The notes beneath the pieces are model-generated. The model was not told the origin of the DNA. It searched no databases and saw only the letters and a list, made by a program, of their open reading frames with translations. From Microcystis aeruginosa NIES-2549 (GTDB taxonomy: Bacteria > Cyanobacteriota > Cyanobacteriia > Cyanobacteriales > Microcystaceae), in assembly GCF_000981785.2 (NCBI RefSeq), contig NZ_CP011304.1:4260001-4292000 (forward strand): 32,000 nucleotides of DNA. Reading direction: 5' to 3'. The position numbers were made by a program, and so were the translations under genes. Shown here piece by piece: positions 1 through 9,423 of this stretch (position 1 is its first letter; each line of letters begins with the position of its first letter).

Positions 1-104
1 CGGGAACGTTCCACTTCTTGATCCGCTAGATAATGATAGGTTCTTTCTGTTTGCCAACTACCGACACAATAGGCAAAAAATTGCTGAAAAATTTCGGTAT
101 TCAT
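1..104 (-). CDS. 5' end of a gene that runs off the window; the N-terminus resembles a CpcS/CpeS-type phycobiliprotein lyase
   Basis: ATG is the reverse complement of 102-104, preceded by GAGGAG (reverse complement of 115-120). The translation is MNTEIFQQFFAYCVGSWQTERTYHYLADQEVERS. It fits the F-x-G-x-W-x3-RT-x-H-x-L pattern I recall for CpcS-like lyases. Only 34 codons are visible. Confidence 0.35.
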   Translation of the reverse strand, partial: MNTEIFQQFFAYCVGSWQTERTYHYLADQEVERS

Positions 105-131
105 AGACTTAATTCTCCTCTTGTCAGTATT

Positions 132-1115
132 TTAATTTTGAGTTATTTTATCAGTAACTTGTTCCCTATTTTCAAAACCATAACAATCTCGAACCAGATA
201 AAGTGGCCGGCCTTTTACTTCCTCATAAACCCTGCCAATATATTCGCCAATAATACCAAGAGTGAGTAATTGAATTCCTCCTAAAAATAAGACAGTAACC
301 ATCAGAGAAGCGTATCCGGGTACATCGATTCCTAAAATAATAGTCCTAAGAATTAAAAAACTAGCATAAACAAGACTAATAAATGCAATGATAAACCCTA
401 CATAGGTCCAGACCTTCAGAGGTAAAAAACTAAAAGAGGTAATACCATCGATGGCAAAATTCCATAATTTCCAGTAATTCCATTTAGTTTGTCCTTGATA
501 CCGGGGTTCTCGATCGAATAAAATTGATGTCTGTTTATATCCTACCCAAGCAAATATACCTTTCATAAATCTTTGACGTTCGGGCATCTTTTTAATTGAT
601 TCTACCACTCGGCGATCAATTAAGCGAAAATCTCCCGTATTAGGGGGAATAGGAACCCGACTTAATTTATTAATGACTTGATAGAAACCTTCTGCGGTGA
701 AACGTTTCAACCAACTTTCGCCAATTCTAACCCGACGGGACGCATAAACCACATCATAACCCTGCTGCCATTTTTCGATCATTTCGGCAATTAATTCTGG
801 CGGATCTTGTAAATCAGCATCAATAGGAATGACTGCCATTCCTTGACTGTAATCAATTCCTGCTGACATGGCAATATCTTTACCAAAATTACGCGATAAA
901 TTAACCACTTTAATTTGTGGGTAACGTTGATGATATTCTACGAGATTTTTGAGAGTATTGTCACGACTACCATCATTGACGCAAACGACCTCATAACTGG
1001 TATTTATTGTCTCTAAAACCGCGAAAAGTCGCCTAAAGAGAACATCGATATTTTCTTCTTCGTTATACAGAGGAACAACAACAGATATTTTCACAGGTAT
1101 TTGATTTGATAGCAT
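132..1115 (-). CDS. Family 2 glycosyltransferase, polyprenyl-phosphate sugar transferase type (GtrB/ArnC/DPM1-like)
   Basis: 327 aa ORF. N-terminal ISVVVPLYNEEENI and a VNDGSRDNT ... DADLQDPP (DXD) GT-A core, followed by two C-terminal hydrophobic helices as in GtrB/ArnC. Confidence 0.85.
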   Translation of the reverse strand: MLSNQIPVKISVVVPLYNEEENIDVLFRRLFAVLETINTSYEVVCVNDGSRDNTLKNLVEYHQRYPQIKVVNLSRNFGKDIAMSAGIDYSQGMAVIPIDADLQDPPELIAEMIEKWQQGYDVVYASRRVRIGESWLKRFTAEGFYQVINKLSRVPIPPNTGDFRLIDRRVVESIKKMPERQRFMKGIFAWVGYKQTSILFDREPRYQGQTKWNYWKLWNFAIDGITSFSFLPLKVWTYVGFIIAFISLVYASFLILRTIILGIDVPGYASLMVTVLFLGGIQLLTLGIIGEYIGRVYEEVKGRPLYLVRDCYGFENREQVTDKITQN

Positions 1116-1145
1116 ATTAATTTAACAAAAAACTAGAAAAATTTT

Positions 1146-2363
1146 CTAACAAATATCAGCAACTAAAACTTGTTCGTACTTAGTGGCTGCTTGCTGCCAA
1201 GTATAATTATCTTCGATTAACTTGCGAGCATTTCTAGATAATTTTTCTCGCAACTCTGCCGATTCAAAAAGACTACTAATCGCCGTACAATATTCCTCAA
1301 TACTATTAGCCCTTAAGGCTGCTAGAGGAACATTATTTCCTTCCACTGTTAATCCTTCTAAACCTCGATCGCTGGCTACCACTGGCACCCCCGCAGCCAT
1401 AGATTCTAGGGTTTTAAACTTCATTCCAAAACCTGTTCTTAGGGGAATAACTGCCACAGTTGCCTGATGAAGATAGGTGGTCATTGACGGTACTCGTCCC
1501 GTCACAATTACTCCTTTTAACTTAGTTAATTCTTGCACTTCTAGGGATGGATTAGCACCGACTAGAGTTAAAGTAGTATCGGGATAAGTAATTTGAATAC
1601 GAGGTAAAATTTCCCTAGCTAAAAAACAGGCCGCATCGATATTAACCCAATAATCTAACCCACCGATAAACACTAAATTGTGTCCAGAAGGATCCTCGGT
1701 ACGATAGGGAAACAAATCTAAATCTACTGCATTAGGAATTAAATAAATTTCTCCATTGGGAGCAAATTCTTCCATTTGTTTTTGATCATCATCGGTAGTG
1801 ACGACAATTTTTGAGAATTTCTGCACAGTTTTTTGTTCGTAGCGACGCAGGAGAGGAAGGTAGAGACGATCCCGTAATTCTTGACTAGAAACCCCAATTT
1901 CTAATTGACTTTTGCCGGTTTGATAGAGGGAACTATGCACATCAATTACTGTCCTAATTTGCTGTTTCCATTGAGGACGAATATAAATTTCATTAACACT
2001 ATGTTCACTGGTAATTACTGGGAATTTTTGACTCTTAACTGCCCTATCTATCCAGTTCTGCATCTCTTGAGAATAGCCAAAAAGTACATTGGGAGGTGTT
2101 CCCGTTTGCAGGAATTGAGCTAATCTGTGCAGTTTAGAAATTATTCCAGTTTTGGCATCGCGAGGACGGGGAAAAACTACCAATTCACTAACAAATTTAC
2201 CTAACTTTTCTACCTCCTCATCGCTGACATCAGCAGTACGCTGAACGATGAGAGTAATATCATGATTTTTGCTGAGATATTTGAGTAAATTAAAAGTTCT
2301 GCCCTGAGTTCCTCCTTTGCTAGGTGGATAGGGAAAGGTGGAACTAATCATTAAGATATTCAT
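1146..2363 (-). CDS. GT4 (GT-B fold) glycosyltransferase
   Basis: ORF 1146-2432. The likely start is the internal MNILMISSTFPYPPSKGG at 2363, two nt after the stop of the upstream gmd gene. C-terminal GFGMKFKTLESMAAGVPVVASD is an E-x7-E type motif. Confidence 0.85.
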   Translation of the reverse strand: MNILMISSTFPYPPSKGGTQGRTFNLLKYLSKNHDITLIVQRTADVSDEEVEKLGKFVSELVVFPRPRDAKTGIISKLHRLAQFLQTGTPPNVLFGYSQEMQNWIDRAVKSQKFPVITSEHSVNEIYIRPQWKQQIRTVIDVHSSLYQTGKSQLEIGVSSQELRDRLYLPLLRRYEQKTVQKFSKIVVTTDDDQKQMEEFAPNGEIYLIPNAVDLDLFPYRTEDPSGHNLVFIGGLDYWVNIDAACFLAREILPRIQITYPDTTLTLVGANPSLEVQELTKLKGVIVTGRVPSMTTYLHQATVAVIPLRTGFGMKFKTLESMAAGVPVVASDRGLEGLTVEGNNVPLAALRANSIEEYCTAISSLFESAELREKLSRNARKLIEDNYTWQQAATKYEQVLVADIC

Positions 2364-2365
2364 AG

Positions 2366-3325
2366 CTATTCCTCTAAACGATTTTCTACCATCATGCGGA
2401 CAATATCGGTCATTTTGTATCGTGCTTGCCAACCTAATTTTTCCTTAGCTTTGTGGGGATTGCCGCGACTAATGGCTAAATCTGTTGGTCTTAATAAACT
2501 TCGATCAGAAATTACATGATCTTGCCAATTTAAGCCAACAGTAGCAAAAGCTGTGGCGACAAAATCCTCTAGTTTTGAACTTTCTCCCGTGGCAATGACG
2601 TAATCATCGGGTTGCTCCTGTTGCAACATTAAATACATCGCTTCAACGTACTCCGGCGCCCAACCCCAATCCCTTTGAATGTCCATATTCCCTAAGTGTA
2701 AAGTATCGGGACTTCCCCGGGCAATTTTAGCCACGGCAGCGATAATTTTTTGGGTAACAAAGCGCTCGGGGCGTAGGGGAGATTCATGATTGAAAAGTAT
2801 GCCTGAACAGGCAAAAATTCCGTAGGCTTCTCGATAATTGGCTACTTCCCAAAAAGCCGCCGATTTGGCAACAGCGTAGGGACTGCGAGGACGAAAAGGG
2901 GTATTTTCGTCGGCAGAATTATCGCCGATATCCCCGAAACATTCACTCGATCCCGCATTATATAATTTAATTTTTGCTCCGGTAAATCGAATTGCTTCTA
3001 AGAGATTTAAGGTTCCCGTGGCAATACTTTCTAAGGTTTCCACTGGCTGCTCAAAAGATAAACCCACAGAACTTTGTCCAGCCAAATTATAGACCTCATC
3101 GGGCTGAATTTTAATTAACACCTGTAGGACACTGCGAAAGTCATTTAGTGCCATTGATTCTAGTTTTACCTGTTCCTTGATTCCCAAACGTTTCAGATTA
3201 CTAAAAGAGGACATTTGGGCATCCCGGGAGGTGCCACAAACTGTATAGCCAGCTTTTAACAGTAATTCGGCGAGGTAGGCTCCATCCTGCCCCGATATAC
3301 CACAAATTAACGCTTTTTTACTCAT
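2366..3325 (-). CDS. gmd: GDP-mannose 4,6-dehydratase
   Basis: 319 aa. N-terminal Rossmann motif KKALICGISGQDGAYLAELLL, SSECFG, a YAVAK catalytic Y-x3-K, and NHESPLRPERFVTQKI typical of short-form Gmd. Confidence 0.9.
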   Translation of the reverse strand: MSKKALICGISGQDGAYLAELLLKAGYTVCGTSRDAQMSSFSNLKRLGIKEQVKLESMALNDFRSVLQVLIKIQPDEVYNLAGQSSVGLSFEQPVETLESIATGTLNLLEAIRFTGAKIKLYNAGSSECFGDIGDNSADENTPFRPRSPYAVAKSAAFWEVANYREAYGIFACSGILFNHESPLRPERFVTQKIIAAVAKIARGSPDTLHLGNMDIQRDWGWAPEYVEAMYLMLQQEQPDDYVIATGESSKLEDFVATAFATVGLNWQDHVISDRSLLRPTDLAISRGNPHKAKEKLGWQARYKMTDIVRMMVENRLEE

Positions 3326-3339
3326 TTATTTACAATAAT

Positions 3340-4269
3340 TTACTTTTGAGGGTTTAACATCGCCTTGGCGGCTTCGCTTAAATAACCGATTTGTCCATAG
3401 GCATAGAGAAGATTATCAAAGCTTTTAGCGGGATCATTGATAAATTTGACAGATTTAACCAATCCTCTCACCAAACGCTCACCTCCTCGCCCAAATTGAG
3501 CCAATCCCGTCTTTCCTGCCACTTCTTCCCGGTAGTGTTCGCTGATGCCTTGCCACCAACTGCGACGCATAAACCATTGACGATTGATTCTTTCCGGGGC
3601 AACATTGTGTTCCACCAATGCTGCGGGAAAATAGCCTACTTGCCATCCCTGGGCGAGTGCTAGTTCTGTAGTGTATAATTCCTCGTTAGAAAGAAGTTTT
3701 TTACCAATTCTTCCCAAATTAGGGTCAAAACCGCCAATCTTCTCCCAGAAATCTCGCCGGATTGAGTAATTAACCCCTCGCGGAGTTAAATCCGCCTGGC
3801 TGATATATACCACATTGTCGCCCAAATCGAAGGCCCCTAAACCACCGGCTAACTGATCGGATAACCAATTGGGTTGACTGTAGCCTTGCGGCCAAATTAA
3901 GGTGACTTTTCCCCCAGCTACTGCCAGTTTTTGGTTATTTTCGTAGGCATTTAACAGAATTTGCAACCATTGAGGACTAGCGATCGCATCGTCATCCAAA
4001 TAGGCTAAAATCGGCGCTCTAGTTTCCTTCGCCCCGCGATTTCTGGCGGTAGATAGCCCTAAAATAGGTTCGTAAACGTATTTTAGCCGCCCATCTCCCA
4101 GACGCGACTCGACCACCTGACGGGTTTTATCGGTAGATGCGTTATCAACCACTAAAATCTCACAATCTGGGCAAGTTTGCGCCAAAAGACTATCGATCGC
4201 TGCTGCTAGGTAGTGATCGCGGTTGTAGGTACAGATAATCCCTGCTATTTTAGGAGCCATGGCTATCAA
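3340..4269 (-). CDS. Family 2 glycosyltransferase
   Basis: 309 aa. GIICTYNRDHYLAAAIDSLLAQT, VVDNASTDKT and a YLDDDA DXD motif. First gene of the minus-strand sugar operon. Confidence 0.85.
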   Translation of the reverse strand: MIAMAPKIAGIICTYNRDHYLAAAIDSLLAQTCPDCEILVVDNASTDKTRQVVESRLGDGRLKYVYEPILGLSTARNRGAKETRAPILAYLDDDAIASPQWLQILLNAYENNQKLAVAGGKVTLIWPQGYSQPNWLSDQLAGGLGAFDLGDNVVYISQADLTPRGVNYSIRRDFWEKIGGFDPNLGRIGKKLLSNEELYTTELALAQGWQVGYFPAALVEHNVAPERINRQWFMRRSWWQGISEHYREEVAGKTGLAQFGRGGERLVRGLVKSVKFINDPAKSFDNLLYAYGQIGYLSEAAKAMLNPQK

Positions 4270-4380
4270 GGTTACTCATTCAATACCCTAAAACTTAACA
4301 TTCCTTTGCAAAAATGTAAAAATGCTTTTTTAACCCGGAGACAGGAGACTCCGAGACAGGAGACAGGAGATTGCTTTTTA

Positions 4381-4485
4381 CTGATAGCGTTTCTCGTAAA
4401 GATGAAGTATAACCTAATTTGGTATTGACGACCGACTGCCCAAAAGGAAAACTTCCTATCTCACCATTAAGATAACTGCTATAAC
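4381..4485. repeat. Left arm of a ~105-bp imperfect inverted repeat bracketing the GT2 gene at 4526-5509
   Basis: The reverse complement of 5517-5622 aligns colinearly and without gaps to 4381-4485 at roughly 80% identity. Example: aaagatgaagtataacctaatttggtat versus aaagatgaagtgtaacctaatttggtat. Confidence 0.9.
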
Positions 4486-4492
4486 ACTCTCC

Positions 4493-4520
4493 ACTGATAA
4501 CTGATTACTGATTACTGAAA
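4493..4520. repeat. Heptamer tandem repeat (STRR-like): actgata/actgatt x4
   Basis: Direct reading gives actgata actgatt actgatt actgaaa, immediately upstream of the ATG at 4526. Confidence 0.85.
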
Positions 4521-4525
4521 ATATT

Positions 4526-5509
4526 ATGCCGAAAGTAACTGTTTGTATTCCCACCTATAACCGCGCCGATTATCTCAGCTATTCGATTAATAGTGTCTTG
4601 GGGCAGACTTATGAAGATTTTGAGTTAATTGTTTGTGATGATGGTTCTTCTGATCGTACCCCAGAAGTGGTGACAGCATTTCAGGATTCGAGAATAATTT
4701 ATCTGCGTCATCCCCAAAATCTTGGCAGAAGTTTAAATATGCGATCGGGTTTTACGGCTGCTCGGGGAGAATATTTTATTAAATTCGATGATGATGATGG
4801 ACTAACTCCCGAATTTTTAGCGAAAACTGTCCCTATTTTAGATCAAGAAAAAAACGTTGATTTTGTCTGTACCGATCACTGGATTATTGATAAATTTGGA
4901 CAAAAAGTTACGGCTGCCACCCAAGAAAATTCAGCCAAATGGGGCAAGGACAGATTACAAAAAGGGATTATTCCCGATTTAGAAAGACAAACTTTTTCCT
5001 ATCAAAGTTTACAGGTGGGTTCGACTCTTTTTCGTTATCAATCCTTAGCCGATGTGGATTATATGCGCCCTCAAGCGGATGGTTGTGAAGATTTTGATTT
5101 ATTAGTGCGTTTAGCCTTAGTGGGAAAACAAGCTTATTTTCTGCCAGAATTATTAATGGAATATCGTTTTCATGGCGGTCAAACTAGCTTAAAACAAGCG
5201 GTTCACTTTTTGCAAGCAAAATTGTTTTGTACGGAAAGTTATCAATTTAATGATCTAAAATTAGAAGAAGAAAGAGTAAAAAAGGCGGCTTTTTTACAGG
5301 AATCTTTGGGAATAAAATTAATTGAAAAGGGAGAAACCGAAGCTGGGCGATTTTTAATAGAAAAAGCCTCGAAATTGTCAGGAAAATCCCGACGAGCTAG
5401 ACTGGGTTTACTGCTTTCCTATTTACCTCTAAACTTGAGACAATTGGCTTTTCAAGGTTTCCGTCAACTACGTCCTAAAGATTACGCTGAACAGGTCAGA
5501 GCCGTATAA
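4526..5509 (+). CDS. Family 2 glycosyltransferase
   Basis: 327 aa. VTVCIPTYNRADYLSYSINSVLGQTY, VCDDGSSDRT and FDDDD motifs. Divergent from the minus-strand GT operon. Confidence 0.85.
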   Translation: MPKVTVCIPTYNRADYLSYSINSVLGQTYEDFELIVCDDGSSDRTPEVVTAFQDSRIIYLRHPQNLGRSLNMRSGFTAARGEYFIKFDDDDGLTPEFLAKTVPILDQEKNVDFVCTDHWIIDKFGQKVTAATQENSAKWGKDRLQKGIIPDLERQTFSYQSLQVGSTLFRYQSLADVDYMRPQADGCEDFDLLVRLALVGKQAYFLPELLMEYRFHGGQTSLKQAVHFLQAKLFCTESYQFNDLKLEEERVKKAAFLQESLGIKLIEKGETEAGRFLIEKASKLSGKSRRARLGLLLSYLPLNLRQLAFQGFRQLRPKDYAEQVRAV

Positions 5510-5516
5510 ACTATAA

Positions 5517-5622
5517 CTTATAGCAGTTATCTTATCTGGTTGGGTAGGAAGTTTTCGTTTTGGAGAGTGGGTTTTCCATACCAAATTAGGTTACACTTCA
5601 TCTTTGTGACCAACGCTACCAG
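5517..5622. repeat. Right arm of the ~105-bp inverted repeat bracketing the GT2 gene
   Basis: See the left arm at 4381-4485. This arm starts 8 nt after the GT2 stop codon. Confidence 0.9.
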
Positions 5623-5641
5623 TTTTTTAATTTAACTATCT

Positions 5642-5998
5642 ATGGATACTATTCACGTTACAGGAATTCGTGCCTACGGTTACACAGGATATCTGGCCGA
5701 AGAACAGGTTTTAGGTCAATGGTTTGAGGTGGATTTATCCCTAGAAGTTGATATCAGCATTGCTGGCAAAAGTGACGCAATTGAAGATACTCTAGATTAT
5801 CGACAGGCGATCGAAATTGTCAAACACCAGATTGAAACCAGCAAATTTGCCCTCGTGGAAAAATTGGCCACGGTTATCGCTGAGGATATCCTAAAACTCG
5901 AGGGAGTGCGACAGGTAAGAGTACAATTATCAAAACCCGCCGCCCCAATTCCCAACTTTACCGGTAAAATCACCATCGATATCACTAGATCTCGTTGA
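5642..5998 (+). CDS. folB: Dihydroneopterin aldolase
   Basis: 118 aa. The N-terminal IHVTGIRAYGYTGYLAEEQVLGQWFEVDL and the overall length match FolB. Confidence 0.85.
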   Translation: MDTIHVTGIRAYGYTGYLAEEQVLGQWFEVDLSLEVDISIAGKSDAIEDTLDYRQAIEIVKHQIETSKFALVEKLATVIAEDILKLEGVRQVRVQLSKPAAPIPNFTGKITIDITRSR

Positions 5999-6527
5999 GT
6001 TTACGCGTATTATCGACTAAACTTTGCGCAAAAGCGTCAAAACGTTGGGAAAGCTTCTCGTCAAGGATTTTTCCTTCTTCGTTGAAGACTTTCCACGCTT
6101 GTCCTAAGCTAATTTGTTCCGGAATTACCCAAGCATGAACCCAACGGAGAATTATTCTTAAATCATTGAGGGCGTTACTATTGGATTGGCCGCCTAAAAC
6201 ACTGATTAACCCGGCAACCTTTCCCGATAACTCCTCAAAACTCATTAAATCTAGGGCATTCTTCATCACACCACTGACACTACCATGATATTCCGGTGTC
6301 GCCAAAATTAATCCTGCTGCCGATTTAACCGTTTGCTGCATTTTGGCTACATCGGGATAGTCAGAATAGTCATCTCCCCCGTTACAGAAGGGTAAAGAGA
6401 GTTTTCTTAGGTCAATTATCTCCGTTTCTACTCCTAACGCCCCTAATCGACTGATAGCAACTTCTAACGCCATCGCACTATAGGATCCGCTGCGTAAACT
6501 GCCATTAATACCAACGATTTTGATCAT
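5985..6527 (-). CDS. NADPH-dependent FMN reductase family protein
   Basis: 180 aa. The flavodoxin-like N-terminus MIKIVGINGSLRSGSYS and TPEYHGSVSGVMKNALD are typical of the family. Its 3' end overlaps folB by 14 nt (convergent). Confidence 0.8.
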   Translation of the reverse strand: MIKIVGINGSLRSGSYSAMALEVAISRLGALGVETEIIDLRKLSLPFCNGGDDYSDYPDVAKMQQTVKSAAGLILATPEYHGSVSGVMKNALDLMSFEELSGKVAGLISVLGGQSNSNALNDLRIILRWVHAWVIPEQISLGQAWKVFNEEGKILDEKLSQRFDAFAQSLVDNTRKLNEI

Positions 6528-6688
6528 AGAACTTATACAAACTCATAACGACTACATATAAGCTAACAAAAAAAGAGACAATTGGGGCAAGCTTAGTTAA
6601 AAAAATATGTCGATGGGGCGGAGGGAGCGATCGATCTAAGTTTTAATGGGAGTAGAAAGAAAGATTTATTCCATTTCCCCTGATTGCC

Positions 6689-7015
6689 ATGCCAGAATTT
6701 CTCGATTTTCTCAAACATAAATATGCCTATGTGGCTATTGGTGAATTCAAACCGGGGTGTTTTTCCGAGGCCCAAAAACTCTACGAAAAGGCCGTTTCCA
6801 CCTATTCCACGGGATTCCAGGGGGCTTTTCTGTTGCAAAAACCCGGAACCGATGAAGGAATTGCCGTGATCATCTGGGATAAAATCGATGATATGGAGGC
6901 AAATAAAAGCGAAGCCCATGAATTATTGCTGAAATCCATGGCTCCTCTGTTTGCGAAACCGCCTGTGACCGATTTTTATGAAGTATGTAGCGAGATAGAA
7001 GGGTCCCCCATTTAG
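6689..7015 (+). CDS. Small hypothetical protein, possibly ABM/Dabb-fold
   Basis: 108 aa ORF with ordinary composition. Preferred over the overlapping antisense ORF 6593-6919, which has odd composition. No motif recognised with certainty. Confidence 0.45.
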   Translation: MPEFLDFLKHKYAYVAIGEFKPGCFSEAQKLYEKAVSTYSTGFQGAFLLQKPGTDEGIAVIIWDKIDDMEANKSEAHELLLKSMAPLFAKPPVTDFYEVCSEIEGSPI

Positions 7016-7620
7016 GGATAATGTTTCTTTTCGGTGGCGATTAATTTGGCGGCTAAAACCCCGCCTAGAAAACCGAATAAATGTCCTTGCCAAGAAATCC
7101 CCGGACGGGAAGGCAAAACGCCCCAAATTGTGCCACCGTAGAGTAAAAAGACTAGAATTGACAAGAGTATAGAAGGAATATTTCTTTGGAAATAGCCCCG
7201 CAGTAATAAAAAACCTAAATAGCCAAAAATCAAGATACTTGCCCCGATATGGATGGATCCGGGAGCAGCAAATAACCAGACTCCTAACCCCCCCACCAGC
7301 ATAGTCAACCCAGTCACAATAAAAAAGTCACTGGTTTCCTGTAACATCACCAACCAACCGAGAATCAGGAAAGGAACCGTATTAGCAATAAGATGGGGAA
7401 AGTCACCGTGTAGGAAAGGTGCGAAAAGAATACCCCGCAATCCGATGACTTGATGGGGAATAATCCCGAAAATGTCTAAACTGCCCCGAAAAACAAATTG
7501 ATCTAAAATCTCTAACAGCCAAAAAATCGCCACAAAGGTAGCGAGGATTATTGCTTGGGTTTTTATTTCTTGCCGTGATCCTTGACTCATAAGATTGATG
7601 GATGAGCTATTTTTTCCCAT
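7012..7620 (-). CDS. Rhomboid-family intramembrane serine protease
   Basis: About six hydrophobic helices. Ser motif IGASILIFGYLG and His motif GHLFGFLGGVLAA. The true start may be M11 (7590), because the IS right end abuts 7621. Confidence 0.8.
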   Translation of the reverse strand: MGKNSSSINLMSQGSRQEIKTQAIILATFVAIFWLLEILDQFVFRGSLDIFGIIPHQVIGLRGILFAPFLHGDFPHLIANTVPFLILGWLVMLQETSDFFIVTGLTMLVGGLGVWLFAAPGSIHIGASILIFGYLGFLLLRGYFQRNIPSILLSILVFLLYGGTIWGVLPSRPGISWQGHLFGFLGGVLAAKLIATEKKHYP

Positions 7621-7790
7621 TTTGACTCTCCCCCGCTAACCGCTCGCGCGGTGTAGCGGGGGATTCTCGGTTCTTAGGCTTTTAACTAGATCGACCTGGT
7701 TTAACCGGTCGATCCCCGTCAAATCGCCTCCGCGAGCGTTTTCTAACACGGTCAGTCCGACCGCGTTTTTTCCTCGGTTCTCGATTACCT
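7601..7790 (-). ncRNA. Predicted TnpB omega (right-end) RNA: scaffold overlapping the tnpB 3' end plus a flank-derived guide
   Basis: Strong nested hairpin CCCCCGCT-ACCGC-GCGA-GCGGT-T-AGCGGGGG (7630-7662) at the element terminus. By analogy to characterised TnpB systems, the guide would be the ~20 nt beyond the right end (reverse complement of 7601-7620, atgggaaaaaatagctcatc). The extent is a guess. Confidence 0.35.
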
Positions 7791-8895
7791 TCGCTGATGC
7801 CGTATCTCTTGGTTCAATGTGGCCGCAGAAATTGCATCGGTGAACTCTTTCTGATAACGCTTTTTTGCCGGTAATCGCGCCACAATTAGGACACTCTTGC
7901 GAAGTTCCGTTTTTATCAACCTTAAGATAATATTTTCCCCGTTTCCAAACGACAAACGGTAGTATCTCGTTAATAAAACTACCGATGCCTGAATCCAGAG
8001 ATTGTTTTCTAACGATCCCTCTAGACCAGGAAACAAAGTTAATATCCTCAACGAAGATGTTATCAGCGAGATCGCAAAGGTAATGACTTAGTTTAAAGTG
8101 CCAATCTCTACGAGTATTAGACACTTTTTCGTGTAATCTTGCTATCTTCTCCTGAATTTTTAACCAATTGCTAGAGCCTTTGACTTGATGTTTCAAGCGT
8201 CTTTGTAGCAATTTAAGCTTACTCTGTACTTTCAACAAAAATCGAGGGGCTTTGATTAAATATCCCTGTGAAGTAGCGACAAAACTCTCAATTCCTGCGT
8301 CGATTCCTAAACAGGTTTTCCCAGCCGTTATATCGGGGACGGATTCTTGGGACTTAAAGGAAACCGAAACGTAAAATCCCGACGCTTTGCGGATAATTTG
8401 AGCTTGTTTAGGCTCAAACCCAGACGGGTACTCCCTAGATTTCCTAATCCGAATTTTTCCCAATTGTGGAAAATTTAAGTATTCGTCACCTAGAAAGTTT
8501 TTTGACAGCGCGGGGAAAACAAAACTTCGCATCTTTTTCTTAAATCTAGGAAAGCCGAAGCCTTTCGATTTCATGCGGTCAAACGCTTTATCTAAAGTTT
8601 TTAAGACTTGCTGTAAGACTTGAGCGTTAACCGTCTTTAATATCGGGTAAACTTTTTTAGCTTCCGTTAGATTTTTAGCTTGAACGAAGTAATTAGGATA
8701 GGGTTCATCCGCAGGAATTATGTACTCAGAAACTAGCGAACAGCGATCCGCAAGACACTTTCGAGAGTTCAACCAATCCTTCCGTTCCGAGAGCGCGTAA
8801 TTGTAAACGCTCTTGCCAACATCAAGAATGTGGACGATCTCCCGTTCCTGTTGCCTGTTTACCTTTAGTTTGTACTGGTAGGTAAGCGTTATCAC
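7636..8895 (-). CDS. tnpB: TnpB (IS605 OrfB / IS1341-type RNA-guided endonuclease), apparently intact
   Basis: 419 aa. Candidate RuvC residues at CLGIDAGIESF (D), IFVEDINF (E) and EPRDTASAKVI (D). Zinc finger CPNCG...CNFCG. Confidence 0.9.
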   Translation of the reverse strand: MITLTYQYKLKVNRQQEREIVHILDVGKSVYNYALSERKDWLNSRKCLADRCSLVSEYIIPADEPYPNYFVQAKNLTEAKKVYPILKTVNAQVLQQVLKTLDKAFDRMKSKGFGFPRFKKKMRSFVFPALSKNFLGDEYLNFPQLGKIRIRKSREYPSGFEPKQAQIIRKASGFYVSVSFKSQESVPDITAGKTCLGIDAGIESFVATSQGYLIKAPRFLLKVQSKLKLLQRRLKHQVKGSSNWLKIQEKIARLHEKVSNTRRDWHFKLSHYLCDLADNIFVEDINFVSWSRGIVRKQSLDSGIGSFINEILPFVVWKRGKYYLKVDKNGTSQECPNCGAITGKKALSERVHRCNFCGHIEPRDTASAKVIENRGKNAVGLTVLENARGGDLTGIDRLNQVDLVKSLRTENPPLHRASG

Positions 8896-8945
8896 TGTCG
8901 TTTGTTTCGTGATGTAGAATTAGATTATAACACTTATCGCCTAAT

Positions 8946-9376
8946 ATGTCAACCGATTATAATCATGGATTTCGCTCCGTTTATAGACTTACCGCTCATG
9001 TCGTATTCGTCATCAAATACCGACCATTGCTATTAACAATGAAATCTTAGCCCGACTTAAAGAAATCTTGGTGTCAACGCTGACAAAATGGGAAAGCGTG
9101 TTGCTTGATTTCAACGGTGAATCGGATCACGTTCACCGGATTATCGATTACAAACCTGAGATCGCTTTATCCAAATTAATCGCTAACCTTAAAACAGTTA
9201 GTAGTCGCTTAATTAGAAAAGAATTTCCGTACTTAGCGGCAAAGTATTTCTACAACAAACCCTATTTTTGGACGGGAGGTTATTTCGTGGCCAGTTGTCG
9301 CGGCGTTACCATCGAACAACTAAAAAAATACGTCGATAACCAAAACTACCCGAAAGTGGAAACGCTACCGCGTTAG
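8946..9376 (+). pseudogene. tnpA: IS200-type Y1 (HUH) transposase TnpA, frameshifted
   Basis: The ATG at 8946 gives MSTDYNHGFRSVYRLTAHVVFVIKYRP and stops at 9050. The rest (TIAINNEILARLKEILVSTL...ESDHVH...YFVASCRGVTIEQLKKYVDNQ) continues in another frame, so there is a 1-nt frameshift near 9020-9025. The HUH (HVH) and C-terminal Tyr regions are still recognisable. Confidence 0.8.
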
Positions 9377-9423
9377 TTTCATTCTGGTCGCGATTCATCT
9401 CGCTCCATTGAGATAGCCCCCAG

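Larger units (their letters stand above)
7621..9420 (-). mobile_element. IS200/IS605-family element with divergent tnpA (pseudogene) and tnpB
   Basis: tnpB and the IS200-type tnpA are back to back. The right end is set at 7621 by the shared motif GAATCCC-hairpin-GGGGAG(A/T)GTCAA, also present at the end of the second tnpB element (31572-31606). The left-end boundary near 9400-9440 is uncertain. Confidence 0.75.

Noticed and set aside
33-269. A 78-aa plus-strand ORF at the window start.
   Set aside because: It lies antisense to the well-supported GT2 gene C-terminus and the intergenic region, has low-complexity hydrophobic composition, and has no RBS or motif.
6593-6919. A 108-aa minus-strand ORF overlapping 6689-7015.
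   Set aside because: It overlaps the more protein-like plus-strand ORF almost completely, and its composition (G/F/I-rich, no motifs) looks like an antisense artefact.
9068-9376. A 102-aa ORF that could be called as an intact TnpA.
   Set aside because: It lacks the N-terminal ~40 residues of IS200 TnpA, which are encoded upstream in another frame (8946-9050). It is therefore called as a frameshifted pseudogene.
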